This document shows, in pieces, positions 38,182-51,878 of a stretch of DNA of 64,000 nt; the stretch's first letter is position 1, and each line of letters starts with the position of its first letter. The DNA is from Gnetum montanum (taxonomy: Eukaryota; Plantae; Gnetophyta). The notes under the pieces are model-generated. The model was not told where the DNA came from, searched no databases, and saw only the letters and a list, made by a program, of their open reading frames with translations. The DNA lies in the NCBI GenBank assembly GCA_015680685.1, contig MNCI01001429.1, positions 189,171-253,170 on the forward strand, read 5' to 3'. Made by a program: the position numbers and the translations under genes.

Positions 38182-39377
38182 GTGTATGAATAATATGAAA
38201 AAACCACATAGTGCATGCTAGACATGCTGCCAATGCAAGGTGCGGTTGGGCTTGGCCTATTTTTTTTTTAAATTTTAATCTTGAAATTAAATTTTTATAT
38301 TATTTTTTTTATTAAAATGTTGGGGGAGAGGCAAGGCTATAAGGCTTAGTTCAACCTAGGGAGCTAATGGGTAGGTGAGGAAACTAGTGCCCTATGCAAG
38401 TGAAAGGATGGATAGTAAGGCACGACTAAGTGAAAATTAGAAAATTGTCTAAGGGATGGAAAAATTGAAAAGCAAAATTTTTTTTAAGTGCTAGAGTAAT
38501 GGTAGGACAAAATGGGGAAATTGAAATTTAGCTATGTGCTAGAATGCTAGGAAAGTAGTAAACTAAAACGTTTACCAAGTGTTGGTTGAAAAACCAAAAA
38601 ATTTTTGTGTTCAAGGGAGAGCAAAAATCGAAAATTCTCTAAGTATTAGTGGAGCAAGGAGGAAAGCAAAAAACATTGAAATTTATTTATGTATCTGTTA
38701 ATGCATAAATTTGGGTTACATAGCAACACCCTTAGAAAACTCATTTTAAGATACTATTGCCTAGGGTGTCTCTCGTATTGGTACAAAAACCCAAAAACAG
38801 TCTCAGCTGCTAAGGGCAACATAGTGTTTAACTTTTAAAATTATCACTTCATTATCATTAATGTGCAAAAGTAAGTACTTCATAAATATGAGGGAACTGA
38901 AAATAAACTAAAATGCAGCGTGAACAGATGCGTATAGAAAGAAATTCTAGTACTATGTAGAAATAAAATAATAGATAACAAGATGCTTAAAAAAGGGTAT
39001 CTTTATTAAAGTTTAATAATAGACAATAACATTTGTTAGGGACAATGTTAAAAACCACATGCTAATAGTAAGGCAAGAGACAAATCTGAATAAGGACAAA
39101 ATGAGAATAAAGCCACTTAGCTCTCAATAGAGCTTTGAATCACTACCTCTAGATCTACAACTTGCTAGAGTAGTTTTCCAACCCATACCTTCATCCAATA
39201 AACCTCCTCTAATAGATCCTTGTGCTGGGATTGTTGGTGCATTGGTAAGTTAAAGAAAAAATGTTTATTCAAGTACAAATTGTAGCTTAGGTTCTCTTCT
39301 TCAACTTGAAGGGACCTAAACTTGTCTAGGAAACTAAGAGGAATGGGTGGGGAATCACTAAAAGGGATTTTGGCCTT

Positions 39378-40398
39378 TGTTGATGCCAACATTGCCCATG
39401 TTGGGAAAGGGACCATGACTTATTAATTACATGATACATAGGGAGGACTTTTAATGAGAGGTATTATGCAACCTTTAAATTATTGTCATCCATCAACAAT
39501 AACTCATCCCCAATTTTGAAGTGGTATTTAAATATAACAAATTTTAAAAAATAAACTTAAGGAAAATGGAAACCAAAGGCACAAGGACTCGTAAATATAG
39601 AAAACTATGCATGAGAGATTTTTGTTAATTTGGAGAATCATTTCTATTGAAATTGATGAAGTTAGATTTTGCTATTACTGAAATTGTAATTTCTTTTTAC
39701 CAGTAGATTTAGACCTCCCTTGAGACATATTGACTAGTTTCAGAATTCCCTGGCCTACTCAAATTAAGCATGTGAGAATTACAAAACTCAAGGTAATTAA
39801 ATACTTTCCATATTAATTAATACAGTGAGTTCAACTGACTAAAATCAGATTAAGATAAGAATGATGCATAGTAAAGCAATGGCAGTGGTAATGGTTAGGT
39901 AATGGCAATGTGGCAGAGGTTGCAACGTGGGCGACATACTGGAGCAAGTGGCAGATGTGGTCAACAGCAAGGTGCTATTATAAAAGTCCTGGTAATAGAA
40001 CTAAGTAGGTTGCAGGGGACAAGTGCTCTCTCTCTCTGGACGGTTGAGCTGCATGGCACGAGCTGCACATGGCAGATGGTGCATGATGAATAGCAATAGT
40101 GGGTGGTACCACCAACGGGCAGGTAGCGCTGTGGAATTTTTTTCTTTTCTTTTCCTGCGGCAACAGGTTTTCTGTTCGGCAATGGACACCACTGGTAGCA
40201 ACAATGCTGTGAAGTGCAACAGTGATTAGCAATGAATGATGCAGCACAATGACAAGGGGTAGGATCCCATTTAATCATTTAACATCACATAACCCTCTGA
40301 GACTATTTCCAAGTTTTCATATCCATATGGAAGGCTGATAATTCTTCTAAATGATTTTTTTTTCAGGTATTGATGCATACAAAATTTATGCATCAACA
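39378..40398 (+). mobile_element. Solo-LTR-like unit (TGTTG...CAACA family, copy 4)
   Basis: Starts TGTTGATGCCAACATTGCCCATG and ends AAAATTTATGCATCAACA. TATAAAA at ~39978 and a decayed hairpin at ~40299-40346. Flanks GCCTT / AAATT do not form a TSD. Confidence 0.7.
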
Positions 40399-41240
40399 AA
40401 ATTTTCAAGGTCCAATGACAACTTTGGGCTATGCATATTTGTGCCCTTGGGTGGAGAAAATTGATAAGATGATGAAGCCCTTGCTACTCCCTCGCCTGTT
40501 ACTTTTCTTCCTTCTTTCATCCCTTTTGTTCTTTTACTCCGTTGTTTGGAGTTTGGCTTCGCCAAACTATTCACATCTATTGGTCTTTTGGCATCCTCCA
40601 TCCCACTATAACTTGCATCCAGAAAAAATGCAACTAGAAGTATTTTTATTCATATAGAAATGAGAGGAGAAAATTAAACATTTTTGTTGCCCTTAACATT
40701 AATCACTATAACACTTCCATTTTCTCTTTTATTTTATTAAATATTATTAGAAAATGATGGCTTAAAAAAACATATGTAAATTAAACATGATTGATAACCA
40801 CATCCTCAGCATGATTATCATCAAGGAAGTCAGCAGCTAACTTTCAATGATCGATCATCACCACCTGAGGCAAGTCGTGGAGGAGAAGGCTTGCAAAAGC
40901 TTGCATTTGCCAAAGCACCACGATGGCCTCCATTATTATTTTTATAGACTGCATTGCCTTTTTACGCCTTCATTCAAAAATGATGTCTAAAGAAGGCCGA
41001 TTTTGTTGATGTTGCCATGCCTATGTGTGAGCACTGGCAACACCGGCATGTTGAATAGTAAGGATAGAATCAGCAAGAGCATGGCCAAGAAGAACACCTC
41101 CACCTTGAAACACATTCACCTTCTTTTTTGTGCTACATCATTTTCTTTGTTATTGCATTTTTCTTTATTATATTTTTTATCAGCATCTTCTTCTTTATTA
41201 TATTTATGGAACCCTTTAGTTTTCTCTTGGAATTTCACAA

Positions 41241-41347
41241 GTGCCTTTAGGCTTCTGCAGTTCTATATGTGTGAGAGGTGCCTTTAGGCTTCTGCAGTTC
41301 TATATGTGAGAGGTGCCTTTAGGCTTCTGCAGTTCTATATGTGAGAG
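41241..41347. repeat. Three near-perfect 35-37 bp tandem units
   Basis: GTGCCTTTAGGCTTCTGCAGTTCTATATGT(GT)GAGAG occurs three times with no spacers. Confidence 0.95.
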
Positions 41348-44300
41348 ATGCTACATGCTGATCCATAGGATATTAATACGGATGCACTGAGCAGTTGCAT
41401 ATCGTGGATGTTGCCCAAGAATGCCAATAGCAGGAAAATCCAATGCTTCTCATGTGCTGACATTGCATTACTAATGTCTAGTTTGGCAAATTTCAGGCTA
41501 GGAATTTTTTTTAATCCGATGCGTTGGGAACAATGGCTGCCTTGTAATCCAATTTGATATTTTATCCTAACCATTTGATGTTGTTTTTGAATTGTCACGA
41601 TTTGATTCGATCCATCAAGCAGGTTCCAGATTTTGCAATTCTACTAGATTTTTTAAAGTATGATTAAATGTAATAGTGGAACCTTAGAGTAGTAAGTTAT
41701 CTATGGTAAAAGTTTAGGGTTATTTATGAAACTTTGTCAATAGTCATTTACATTAAAATTTTCCATCTAATGCTGTGTTAATCTTAAAGACTTGCATAAA
41801 GCTACGATAATCCTAAAAGATCACTCAATCCAATTAAACCAAGCATGCAACCCAAAACTTATTTGTTCTCAGCAGTTTATTAGAATTGAATTTTTATTTC
41901 TACACACTAAAATTCTTTGTAGTTTAAGATTTAGTATACATTGGTCTCGATAATGATTCTTATAAGAGTGGTGTCATCTGAACTGTTATTTTCATCTAGA
42001 CACATAAGAACAGGATACAAGTCACCGCTAAGATTGATAAAGGCCAGGAAAGGTATAAGAAACTTTTAATGATTGTATTAAATACATGATTGATCCCACT
42101 AGTTTTCAAAACATAATAACGTATGTTTACCATTGCAAATACAAAGTAGCAACTAAACTTGACTTTTACTATCACCATAACCATAATCTCTAGAGAAATT
42201 GACAGCAAATAGGGCTAAATTATCTGTAGGGGCAAAGGAGTCCTGGTATGTTTATAGAGAGTGTATGTATTATTATTCTAATGATCATATCTTTAGAATG
42301 CATATCAATGAACTTAAAGGGATAAGTCATGGATAGTAGAAAACCTACATAATTTAATGACAGTGAAATCCAACTCTAACAAGGAAATTGCTCATCAAAT
42401 TAGAGCTATGGCAATAACCTTGGAAATGGATATCTCATAACAAGTAAATAAATGAGCTTGAAAACATGAAGCTATATCCAACTAATGGCCTCATGTTGGC
42501 ATGGGAATGTTGATATTAATGGTATAGAAAGAGAAGGAGGAGACGAAAATCTAAGTATTAAAGGTAAGGAGGAAGTGAGAATTTTCCTAACTATTAGGTA
42601 CTAGGTGAAGATGAAATTTGGCTAAGTATGAAAGACTATTGGGTAGAATGTTTTGCTAAGTATGGGAACTTAGCATATTAAAGATTTGGCTAAGTAAGAG
42701 AAAGAGGAAGCTAAAATTTCACTAAATGTAGGAGGAAAAGTGTCTAAAGGTAGGAAAACAATGACTAGGTGCCTTAGGACAAGGGGAAAATGTGTCTAAG
42801 TGTTATGAGGAAAGGTAAGGAAAAAGTAACTAAGTATGGAGCCAAGGGAAGGTGATAGAAGAAAATGTAATGCTACTAGCCCAATTGTAACAATGTAATG
42901 CTACCAGGGTCGTCAATCTACAACTAGTTCATCAATCGAGGGATTTAGAATCTCATGCTTGTAAAAGACCATTCTTTCGAACCAATAGCCCTACTAAGCC
43001 GTCATAGACTTGGGCAGTTGGTCACCCTGCTCCTACTTCATCCTTTGCAAACCATTCCATTAGGTCCCCTTCAAACCAAATGCCATCCAAAATCCATACT
43101 ATTATGTGTACTCATGTCACATCTGATTAGATCTAGGCTGTTAACCTTCCTAGGAAATTAGCTGATCCTGAGAGTCCCCTTATCTATTGATAGATTGTTA
43201 GAAATGAAATATGTAAATCTCTTCTTAATTCAGGTTTTGGTGTGAACTTGATATCTCATGAGATGTATATTGCCTAAAACTTGCCTTCTCTTAGGAAGAG
43301 TAATATCAAATTGAAATTGGCAGACCAGTCCATCATTGTTCCATTGGGACTAGTCAAAGACATTATGACCACTATCTATGGGTGGTCTTATCTTGCCGAT
43401 TTCTGAGTAATCAAGGTTGAAAACTACAAAGGGGACTCCTCAATCATTATGGGAAGAGCATGGTTAAGCACTGTTGATGCAAGAATGAGAATTAGAGATA
43501 TTTCCCTTGAGATATATAAAAAAAATGCATTTGAAAAGATTAAGAAGAGATGAGTTCCATGCATCATGTGTAGCAATACAAGGTCCAATTGCATGTAAAA
43601 ACTCTGGTCCAGGAAACGAGCAACTATTTTCACATGTAAGCATTGTAAACATGAGGCAAATATTCAAAGGTGTCTAGAAGCAGTAGCCACAAAACAAGAG
43701 GGCATCTAGTGGCTGATGTTGATTCATGCAACATCACAATGTGCATGGAACCTATTGAGAGCCTGAGATGTGCTTATGTTGCAAGCATGAATGAACTAGA
43801 GCATGTTCATCACCAACTTTTTGATGATGAAAACACTGATACCAATTGGGAAGAGTTGGAGATCCCTAATAATTTTAAAAAGGAGCCTTTAGAGTTGAAG
43901 AATCTACCCACGACCTAGAATATGCATTGTTGAAAAATGGTAAGTTGATCATACTTAATGCCAAACTTGCTCTTGAATAGAAAGTAAAACTATTGAAAGT
44001 GATCACCAAATGGCCAATAGCCTTTGCTTGGTCATAACCTAAACTCATTGGAATTGATTCATAGATATGCTAGCACTACATTTACACTGATCCATCCATG
44101 AAGCCAAGGAGACAACCAAAACGACGGTTGAATCCAAAATTGAAGCAAAGTGTCAAAGAGAAGTTAAGCAACTCCTTAATGCAGGGTTCATCTACCCCAT
44201 TATGGATAAAAAGTGGGTTAGCCTACTCATGATAGTGCCAAAGAGAGGTGGAAAATGGCAGGTTTGTATCGACTTTAGGTTGTTAAACATGACAACATTC

Positions 44301-47300
44301 AAAGATCATTTTCCGTTGCCATTTGTTGATCATGTGTTGGACACCTTATCTAGGCATTGTTATTATAGTTTTTTAGATGGTTAAAGTGGCTATAACCAAA
44401 TCTAGATTACACCAGAAGATCAGGCCAAAACAACATTCATAAGTCCCTGGGAAACCTTTGCATATTGCAAGATGCCTTTTGGTTTGTGCAATGCTCCTGC
44501 CACTTTCAAATGCTTGGTCCTAAGTATTTTTCAGTAGCAAATAGGTAGTAGAGTGGAAGTCTTCATGGATGACTTCTTCACTTATGGTGCTACCTTTGAG
44601 TAAGCCTTGGACCACCTTAAGTATTAAAAAGATGCATGGAAATAAATCTGTGGCTCAATTAGTAAAAGAGTCATCTCATGGTCTAAGAGGGCATTGTATT
44701 AGGGCACTGAATTTCATAGGAAGGGATCGAGGCAGACCCGAAAAGATAAGTTCATCTAAGGAATTATTTGCCAACTAGAAACCATCAAAGATGTTTAGTA
44801 ATTCCTTGGACACATTGGTTACTACTAGTGATTCATAGAGAATTCCTCTAAGATCGTGAAACTATTGATCAAACTAACAAAGAAAGATGCTCCCTTCATT
44901 TGGACCAAGGAATGTGAAAATGCATTCTAGAGACTCAAAAAGAAGCTCGTAGAGACTCTAATTCTATGAGCACTTGACTAGTCTAGACCATTCCATATCA
45001 TGATAGATGCCTCTAACTACACCTTAAGATTTATGCTTATATAGTTGGACAATAAGAGATGTCCATATTACATCCACTGCACAAGTTGAAGCATTTTGGG
45101 TGCACAATTGAATTACACCATCATGGAGAAAGGACTGATGGTGATGATGTATGATCTAGAAATGTTCAAGAACTATGTGCTTGGATATAAAGTGTTTGTG
45201 CACACTCATCATAGTGCCATCTGCTTCCTCATGAACAAGCCAATAGCAAGTCCCCGTGTCATATGATGGCTAGTGATCTTATAGGAATTTGATATTTCAA
45301 TGGTAGATTAAAAGGGATTGAGAATGTGGTCGTCAATCACTTGTCTTAGTTGTGATGGGACAACAAAGAAGGGGAAAGTTCATTATCTGATCTATTTTCT
45401 GTTGAACTCCTCTTTGCCACTGTAATAAATGAAAAAATTCCCATATAACCAAAATGGTATGATGGCATCCTGATTTTCTCACTTAGAAGATGCCACAAGA
45501 TCTAGACCATAGGAAGAAACAACAATTTCTTCATCATGCTAAGCACTTCATGGAAATCAGTGAACATCTTTACAAGGTGTGTGCCAATGGATTGATTCGC
45601 TAGGGTGTACCTTATGTAGATCAATTGTGTGTTTTCCAAGATGCTCATGAAGGTTCTTATGGGATCACTATGCTAGGAGATGCACCAGCATAAAAATACT
45701 GATGGTAGAATACTATTGGCCCACAATCTTTAGGGATGTCCACTAATTTGTCTAATCCTGTGAATGTTATCAATAAGATGGTGGGATGACCACATGAATG
45801 GAAGGTCCTCAATAGTGGATTCAACCACTAGAATCCTTTAAGATATGAAACATAGATTTCATGGGTCCCATCACACCCATGTCTAATGGGAAGGCATATA
45901 TAATTTTTTTGTTGACCACAGTACCAAATGGGTAGAAGTAGCAGCCATCATTGACTATACATCATTCACTGTTGCTTGATTTGCATAATACAATTTTGTG
46001 AATAGGTTTGGGGTGCCATGTGCACTGATTTCTAACAACGAAACCCATTTTATATATGGCACTTTTTGAAAGCTCATACAACGCTTGGGGGTTGAACATA
46101 AATTAACAATACCCTATCACCCCCAAGTCAATGGTCAATCAGAGGTGACTAACAAGGTGAGCACAAAGATTCTAACAAGAACTATTAGCAAATATAGGAG
46201 ATCCTAGAGCACAAAACTTAATGATGCCCTTTGGGCCTACCACTCAACATGGAAACTCGCTATTGGTTATTCTCCCTATGAGTTAGTGTATGGAAAACAT
46301 CCAATGCTCCCAATCCAATTCGAGTACACTCTCAATGGCCTATGACTTAGAATATGACCTAAGTTTGACACAAAAAGAAAGACTGATCAACCTCAATGTA
46401 CTAGATGAAAATTAATTGGTGGCCCTATCTTTGAATGAGGTGCACAAGACATTCAATAAACAATGTCATGATCTTAGAATATGGAAAGTAAAATTTCAAC
46501 CAAGAGATAAGACTTTCTACTAGAATCCCACACATGTACCTCAAAAAACCAAATTCCAAACATTGTGTAAAGGGCCTTATATAATTGATGAAACCTTTTC
46601 TTCTAGGGCCATGATCATATACAAACCTGAAAGCCCAAACAAAAAGTAGTTGGTCAATATCCAATAGATAAATCCTTTCCACAAGCCAAAGTAAGCCAAT
46701 GCAACAAATACTTCAATGGATGGGCAACCACACTCAATTTTTCAAATCTCCTCCCAACTTAGTCATGGGGGAGATGATCATCCATGCTAATCATATACCT
46801 GGCTCCTTAGTTTTTCTATTTTTTGTTTTACACATTTTTGCTTTTGTAAATTGTTTAATTTACACCTTTTTGAATTTAAAACTTTTTCCTATTTTACACC
46901 ATTTTTTATTTTATACCATCGTTAGTACATTTAACTTTTTCTTGAATATTTTACACTTTCTTATATATTTTACTTTATTTTAGTGTGATTTTCTAGTTTT
47001 TTGTTAATAAATGTGCTTTGTGCCAACAAGACACAGTGGTGCTATAGCTATTATTAATGGTGGTTTGTGCTTAATGTTTTGTTTGGTAATGTCTAGTTTC
47101 CATTTTTGAATTTTTGTATCGATGGCTAAGGCATGGTTTCTTTTTCATGGAATAGGCAGTGAGTCCATGACATCTACCCATCCACAAACTCTATGGTTTT
47201 TCTTGTTTTGGAAGTTTAATGTCCCTTTTCATTAGATAAAATTTTAATAAATTTGTGACCTTGGTAGTCTCTAAAATTGGAAAGGATTCAAAGGTTTACA

Positions 47301-48869
47301 TAGGGTATGACTTCAAGGGGACTCAATACTCTTTATACTTTTCTACTTGCTTAGGTGCATGAGTGTTTTCATAGACTTCTTACCATTCTATGTTGAATAA
47401 TAATAGGAAGTTGAATAAAGTCTTTGCATGGTGTGGTTCCCATCCAAAAAGAAAAAAAATAGAGAAAAAAAATAAAAACAAAATAAAAAAAATAAAAAAA
47501 CATGATGAGAATTCAAAGCACATCCCCTAGATAAATAAATGGGCTACAAGCACTGGTTATGGGACTAGAAAAACATGTTACCCATGCCTGAAGGTCCCCT
47601 TTAACTAAGGCCCTCTCTCACTTATTGCTTCTCTTTTCTTCTCTTTATGGAATGATGGTTGTTCTATGGTAGTACTATTGTGTCTTGAGGGAGTGGATTG
47701 GTCTTGGAGTGGTGATGCAAACTCACTGAAGGTGGTTGATTTTGGTCTAGAATAAGGGTGGATCTTCTTAGGTCATTTAAACAAAAATCGACAAGGGACT
47801 TTTTATGACCTTAATTCAGAATTCCATTCCACCTTCTCTATCATCTATCTATGCTACTTGTAACTCACCTCATTGCCAGTGTCCATGTTCTTGATTCAGT
47901 GTCTTTGTCTAACATGCTTAAATTCTTGGGTAGAATCTTTCGAGTTTTGGCCCTTAACTTTCATCAGCCATTAATCGCATATGGGGCCCACTGACTCCTC
48001 AGGTTGAGGTTATGCAAGGGTAAACAAGGCATGTGCCTGTTATGGGGAGGACCCACTTTCATATCTCTTGGTTGGATTCATTAAGCACCTTATCCTTAGG
48101 CATTCTTGCAATTAGAATCTTTCGTACACCCATCTTTTGCATCCAACCATGTGCTTCTTTACATATTTTGTTCAATGCACACATTCTTCATCAAATTTTT
48201 GAATTTTTGAGCTTTTAGAGAACCTCTTCAATGATTTCATCATATTCTTGGCTTTTCTAGGACTTCATGAACTGCAAATTCATTCAAAAATTCATTGTAT
48301 TTTTCAAGATATTCACATTTGAAAATTTTGTCTTGGGAACCCATAAACAGGGCCTTGTCAATAGAGCCCATGCATATACAAGACCCCATATATGTAGCCC
48401 CATTGATGTAGCTCAAAAATAGTATAAATATGTATGAACCCTTAGAAATTTTCACATTTGCTCACAAATGCCAAGGAAGTTTTTCAAATTTTCAAAGCCT
48501 AGAACCTTCTAAAGCCCATAACTTCCTAACCATTTATCCAAATCACTTCATTCTTCAACCTTGTAGGTACTAGAGGTAAGCTCTTAGTTATGGGGACCAC
48601 AAATATGCTATTTTTGATAGAAAATTTTTCACCATTTTTTCTAACTCCCACCAAGGTTTAACTAAGAAATCAAGATTTAAACACAAAATTATAGAAAGTA
48701 AACTCTTCCAACAAGCTCCAATGACACTTATAATGAAAATTAATAAATAAAATAATTAATCTACCATGTTCCAACCTTAGCCAACTATAACTAACTAATG
48801 AGATAAGGTATTCAAATATTCAAAGTTACATTTTATATCTACTAATCCATGGATGTGTTGTGACCATAG

Positions 48870-51670
48870 ATGGCATCGAAAGGCAAACATAGGAAGGAAC
48901 GAGAAGGGGCCAAGAATAAGCCCATGAAAAGCCACTTGAAATCCACTTCACAGGTCCTCTTAGGGAAGAGGCCAAGGTAGAATCTATTTGTCAAATTCTA
49001 GAACTAGTAGTAGCAATAGAACATTCCCATAGGGATGAGGCACCAACTCAACAAGAAAATCTTGAGGTGACCTTGACAAAAGCCTACCTGAATCAAATCA
49101 GATCAAGGGAGGTCTAAAAAATAGTTTCCCAAGAGTTAAACTTTAGCTCTTTTTAGAGTAAGCACCTAAAGAAGTACACCAACAACTAAAGTGCTCTCCC
49201 ATCTGGCCAATTATCACTTTCACCAGGGAGTGGTACATGGGAGAGACATTCTTATTTTGGAACAATAGTTAGGCTGATTCCACAATAAAAATTAAGGACA
49301 TCTTAGTAACCTACTTGGTACAAGAAATTGTTGAAGTACTTGGGTTGATAAAAACTAGGGCGAATCTTGTTGAGATCCTAATGCAGGCAAACCCTAACAT
49401 AAAAAAGGAATGAATGCGATGCTACTATGGTGTCGACTGGAAGGAGTTTGACACACTCACACTAGTAGAAAGAATCCACTATAAGATTGTGGCCTTCCAA
49501 CTAAACCCCACAGTGAGGCGAAGTAAGATCACTACCTTTTCTACCTATGCATGTGTCACTCTAAGTGGAAGATTCCTTGTCAACCTTCCACAACTAATTT
49601 ATCTGAAGATGGAGAAGTAATTTAAAGAGAATGAATGTGGAAGGAAGGCACTCCCCTTTCCATGCCTGATCAGGTAACTTTGTTGAAGGAAAGGGATAGT
49701 CTATTATACAAATGATGTTGTCAGGCATGCTTTGACTACTAATTGGGCAGAGATGATAAAAGATAAAACACATGCAACAATCATTTTAGAAGAAGAGTAG
49801 TAACCACCGCCTTCACCTGTCATGCAAAAAAATGTGCCAAACATTGCTGCAATAGCCCAACAGTTGCACAAATATTGAGAATGGCCTCTTGAGCAAACAA
49901 GAGCAACGAGCATGCATGAGTGATAGGGACCCATCAGTGTGCCTACTAGCAATGAGTCACCTACACAACGTGGCCCAAATAGTTATGAGGTCGGATCTTA
50001 GCACTAGAGGCATCATGGTATCTCTCACAGAATAGTGGCCACTCCCAGAAATTTTTGGGAATGCATCGACCTTCTCAGTGTGCTTGAAGGAAGGCGAGGG
50101 GGCAATAGTGCTAGTGATGCAGCACCAAGGATAGGAGACAACAATAGAGATGGTTGATGACAAAATCATCAAAACACTCAATGCACCTACAACATCTATA
50201 CAAAACACCACTATACTCAAAGATGTGCAGATGTCCATAAGGACCATAAGCAGTAGATTAAGCATAGCACAACATGAAGAACTACTAGACTAGTTGGTGG
50301 GGACTGGGTAATTGCTGTCGAATGTCTTTGATCTTCTGGATAGTATTACTGCAACCCATTTAGAGCTTGTAGAGGCAAGGGGTAAGAACATTATCTTGGA
50401 AGGGAAACTTGAAATAGCCAAGGAGCTTAACAAATGATTGGCTACTAAAGTTGCTAAATTAAAAGCCCAAATTGTCAACCTTGCATTTCTCAACTTGGCA
50501 TTGACAAGAGATGAAGCTCTTAAACAACTTCACATCAAAATAAAAGGGGTTGAGGGTGCAATGGAGATGGCGATGTTCTTACAATCCTTGGCAGAAGTTA
50601 CCTAGCACAAAATCCAAAAGGCCTTAGATCTAATCCACTAGGAGAATGTGTAATTCACCATAGAGAACCATCGCCTGTGAAATGTTTATGAGCATAAACA
50701 ATAATTGATTGACTTTATCTATTAATAATAGGAGTAATTAGCCAAAGCAAACATAGAGATAAAGAGATTGGCAGCTAAAAATAGAAACCTCTCCATGGAG
50801 GAGGTCTGTGCCTTTTGCCAGAAGATTGTAATAGAGGTAGCCACTTGAAAATTAGAGGCTCTCAAAACTAAGAGAGTCAAGGATCATTATAGAGATTAGG
50901 CTAGTCTACAAAAAGAAGTTAATGAAAAGATCTAGTTAGTGAAGGAAAAAGTAAATAAGACTCTCTAACAACTCTAGCAAGGAAGAGAAGTTTGGAAACC
51001 TATTATTGATGGGATAGATGCCTACAATAAGGTTGAAATTTACATGAAGGGGTTGTAGATTGAGGAGATAACATAATACATGGAGCTTTCCAATCTTCAA
51101 TATGAAAATCTAACTATGTTGACTACCGGATAGTAGTGGTTAGAACTAGAGAAGAAAGTGGCCAACTCGTACTTGTTGTATGAGGTTGAGTTTAAGCATC
51201 ACAAGGATACTAAGCAAAAGCTTGCTATGGAAAACATAGAAATTGAGGTTCTCAAGGGTAAATAGACTGCTTAGAGATTTGCTGCCAAGAACTTGGCCAA
51301 AAGAATGAATGATAACCAAGAGCTACAAAGCATAATTAGGGCATTTAATGTCAAACGTAAAAAAATTTGCTACCTGGTTTATCAATGTTAAGGAATTGTT
51401 CCCAATAATGTCTTGTCCGTGAGATATCCCCATTCTAGCCCACATTGGCAATGCTACGTGGACTATGAATGATCCCTAGAGTAAGGAGGAGAAGATGAAG
51501 AAATTATTGGATGCATTTCATCTTTCATTAGAGGTAGCAAGTATAGTAGGACAGTCATAGCCGCCTTAGCCACCTCACGTGCCTGAAGCTAGTGAAGGTC
51601 TATCAGAACCTTAGGAACCTCCACTGCCTCGGACTATCTGATCTTCTCTCAGCTACCTTCATGTCATTAG
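48870..51670 (+). pseudogene. Extra (env-position) ORF of copy C, ~930 codons, decayed
   Basis: AG|ATG start reading MASKGKHRKE, LPFPCLI at ~49650-49670, colinear with 31228-33979. End coordinate approximate. Confidence 0.75.
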
Positions 51671-51878
51671 AGGATGTGTTATCTAGTTTTGAGTAGTCAT
51701 GTCATGGTGTTTAATTTTGTGTTATGAACACCATAATTTTTGTAATGTTATTAATTTGTACATTAGGCACTTAGTTTTGTCAAGTTAGCTTGTTATGTCA
51801 AGAGTCAGTCAATATTCCCATACCTTTTCAATTTTGTAAAGGAACTCAAGGACAAGTTTTCATTTAGTTGTGAAGGTA

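Larger units (their letters stand above)
38696..42521 (-). mobile_element. Solo-LTR-like unit (TGTTG...CAACA family, copy 3), old, containing copy 4
   Basis: 38696-38815 matches 10200-10320. 42487-42521 is a decayed match to 10982-11017. Flanks are GTATC / GTATA (4 of 5), and the same CTAAGT-rich sequence lies on both sides. Confidence 0.62.

Noticed and set aside
38151-38187. (TA)n/(TG)n microsatellite and the adjacent 19-bp direct repeat
   Set aside because: Ordinary slippage products.
41241-41347. 35-37 bp repeats as a CRISPR array
   Set aside because: The units are contiguous with no unique spacers, no cas genes are present and the DNA is eukaryotic.
39902-41598. Short overlapping ORFs in GC-rich tracts (also 16971-17386 and 37035-37950)
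   Set aside because: They lie inside LTR-like or TE noncoding sequence, have no recognisable domains and occur in several frames, as expected from composition.
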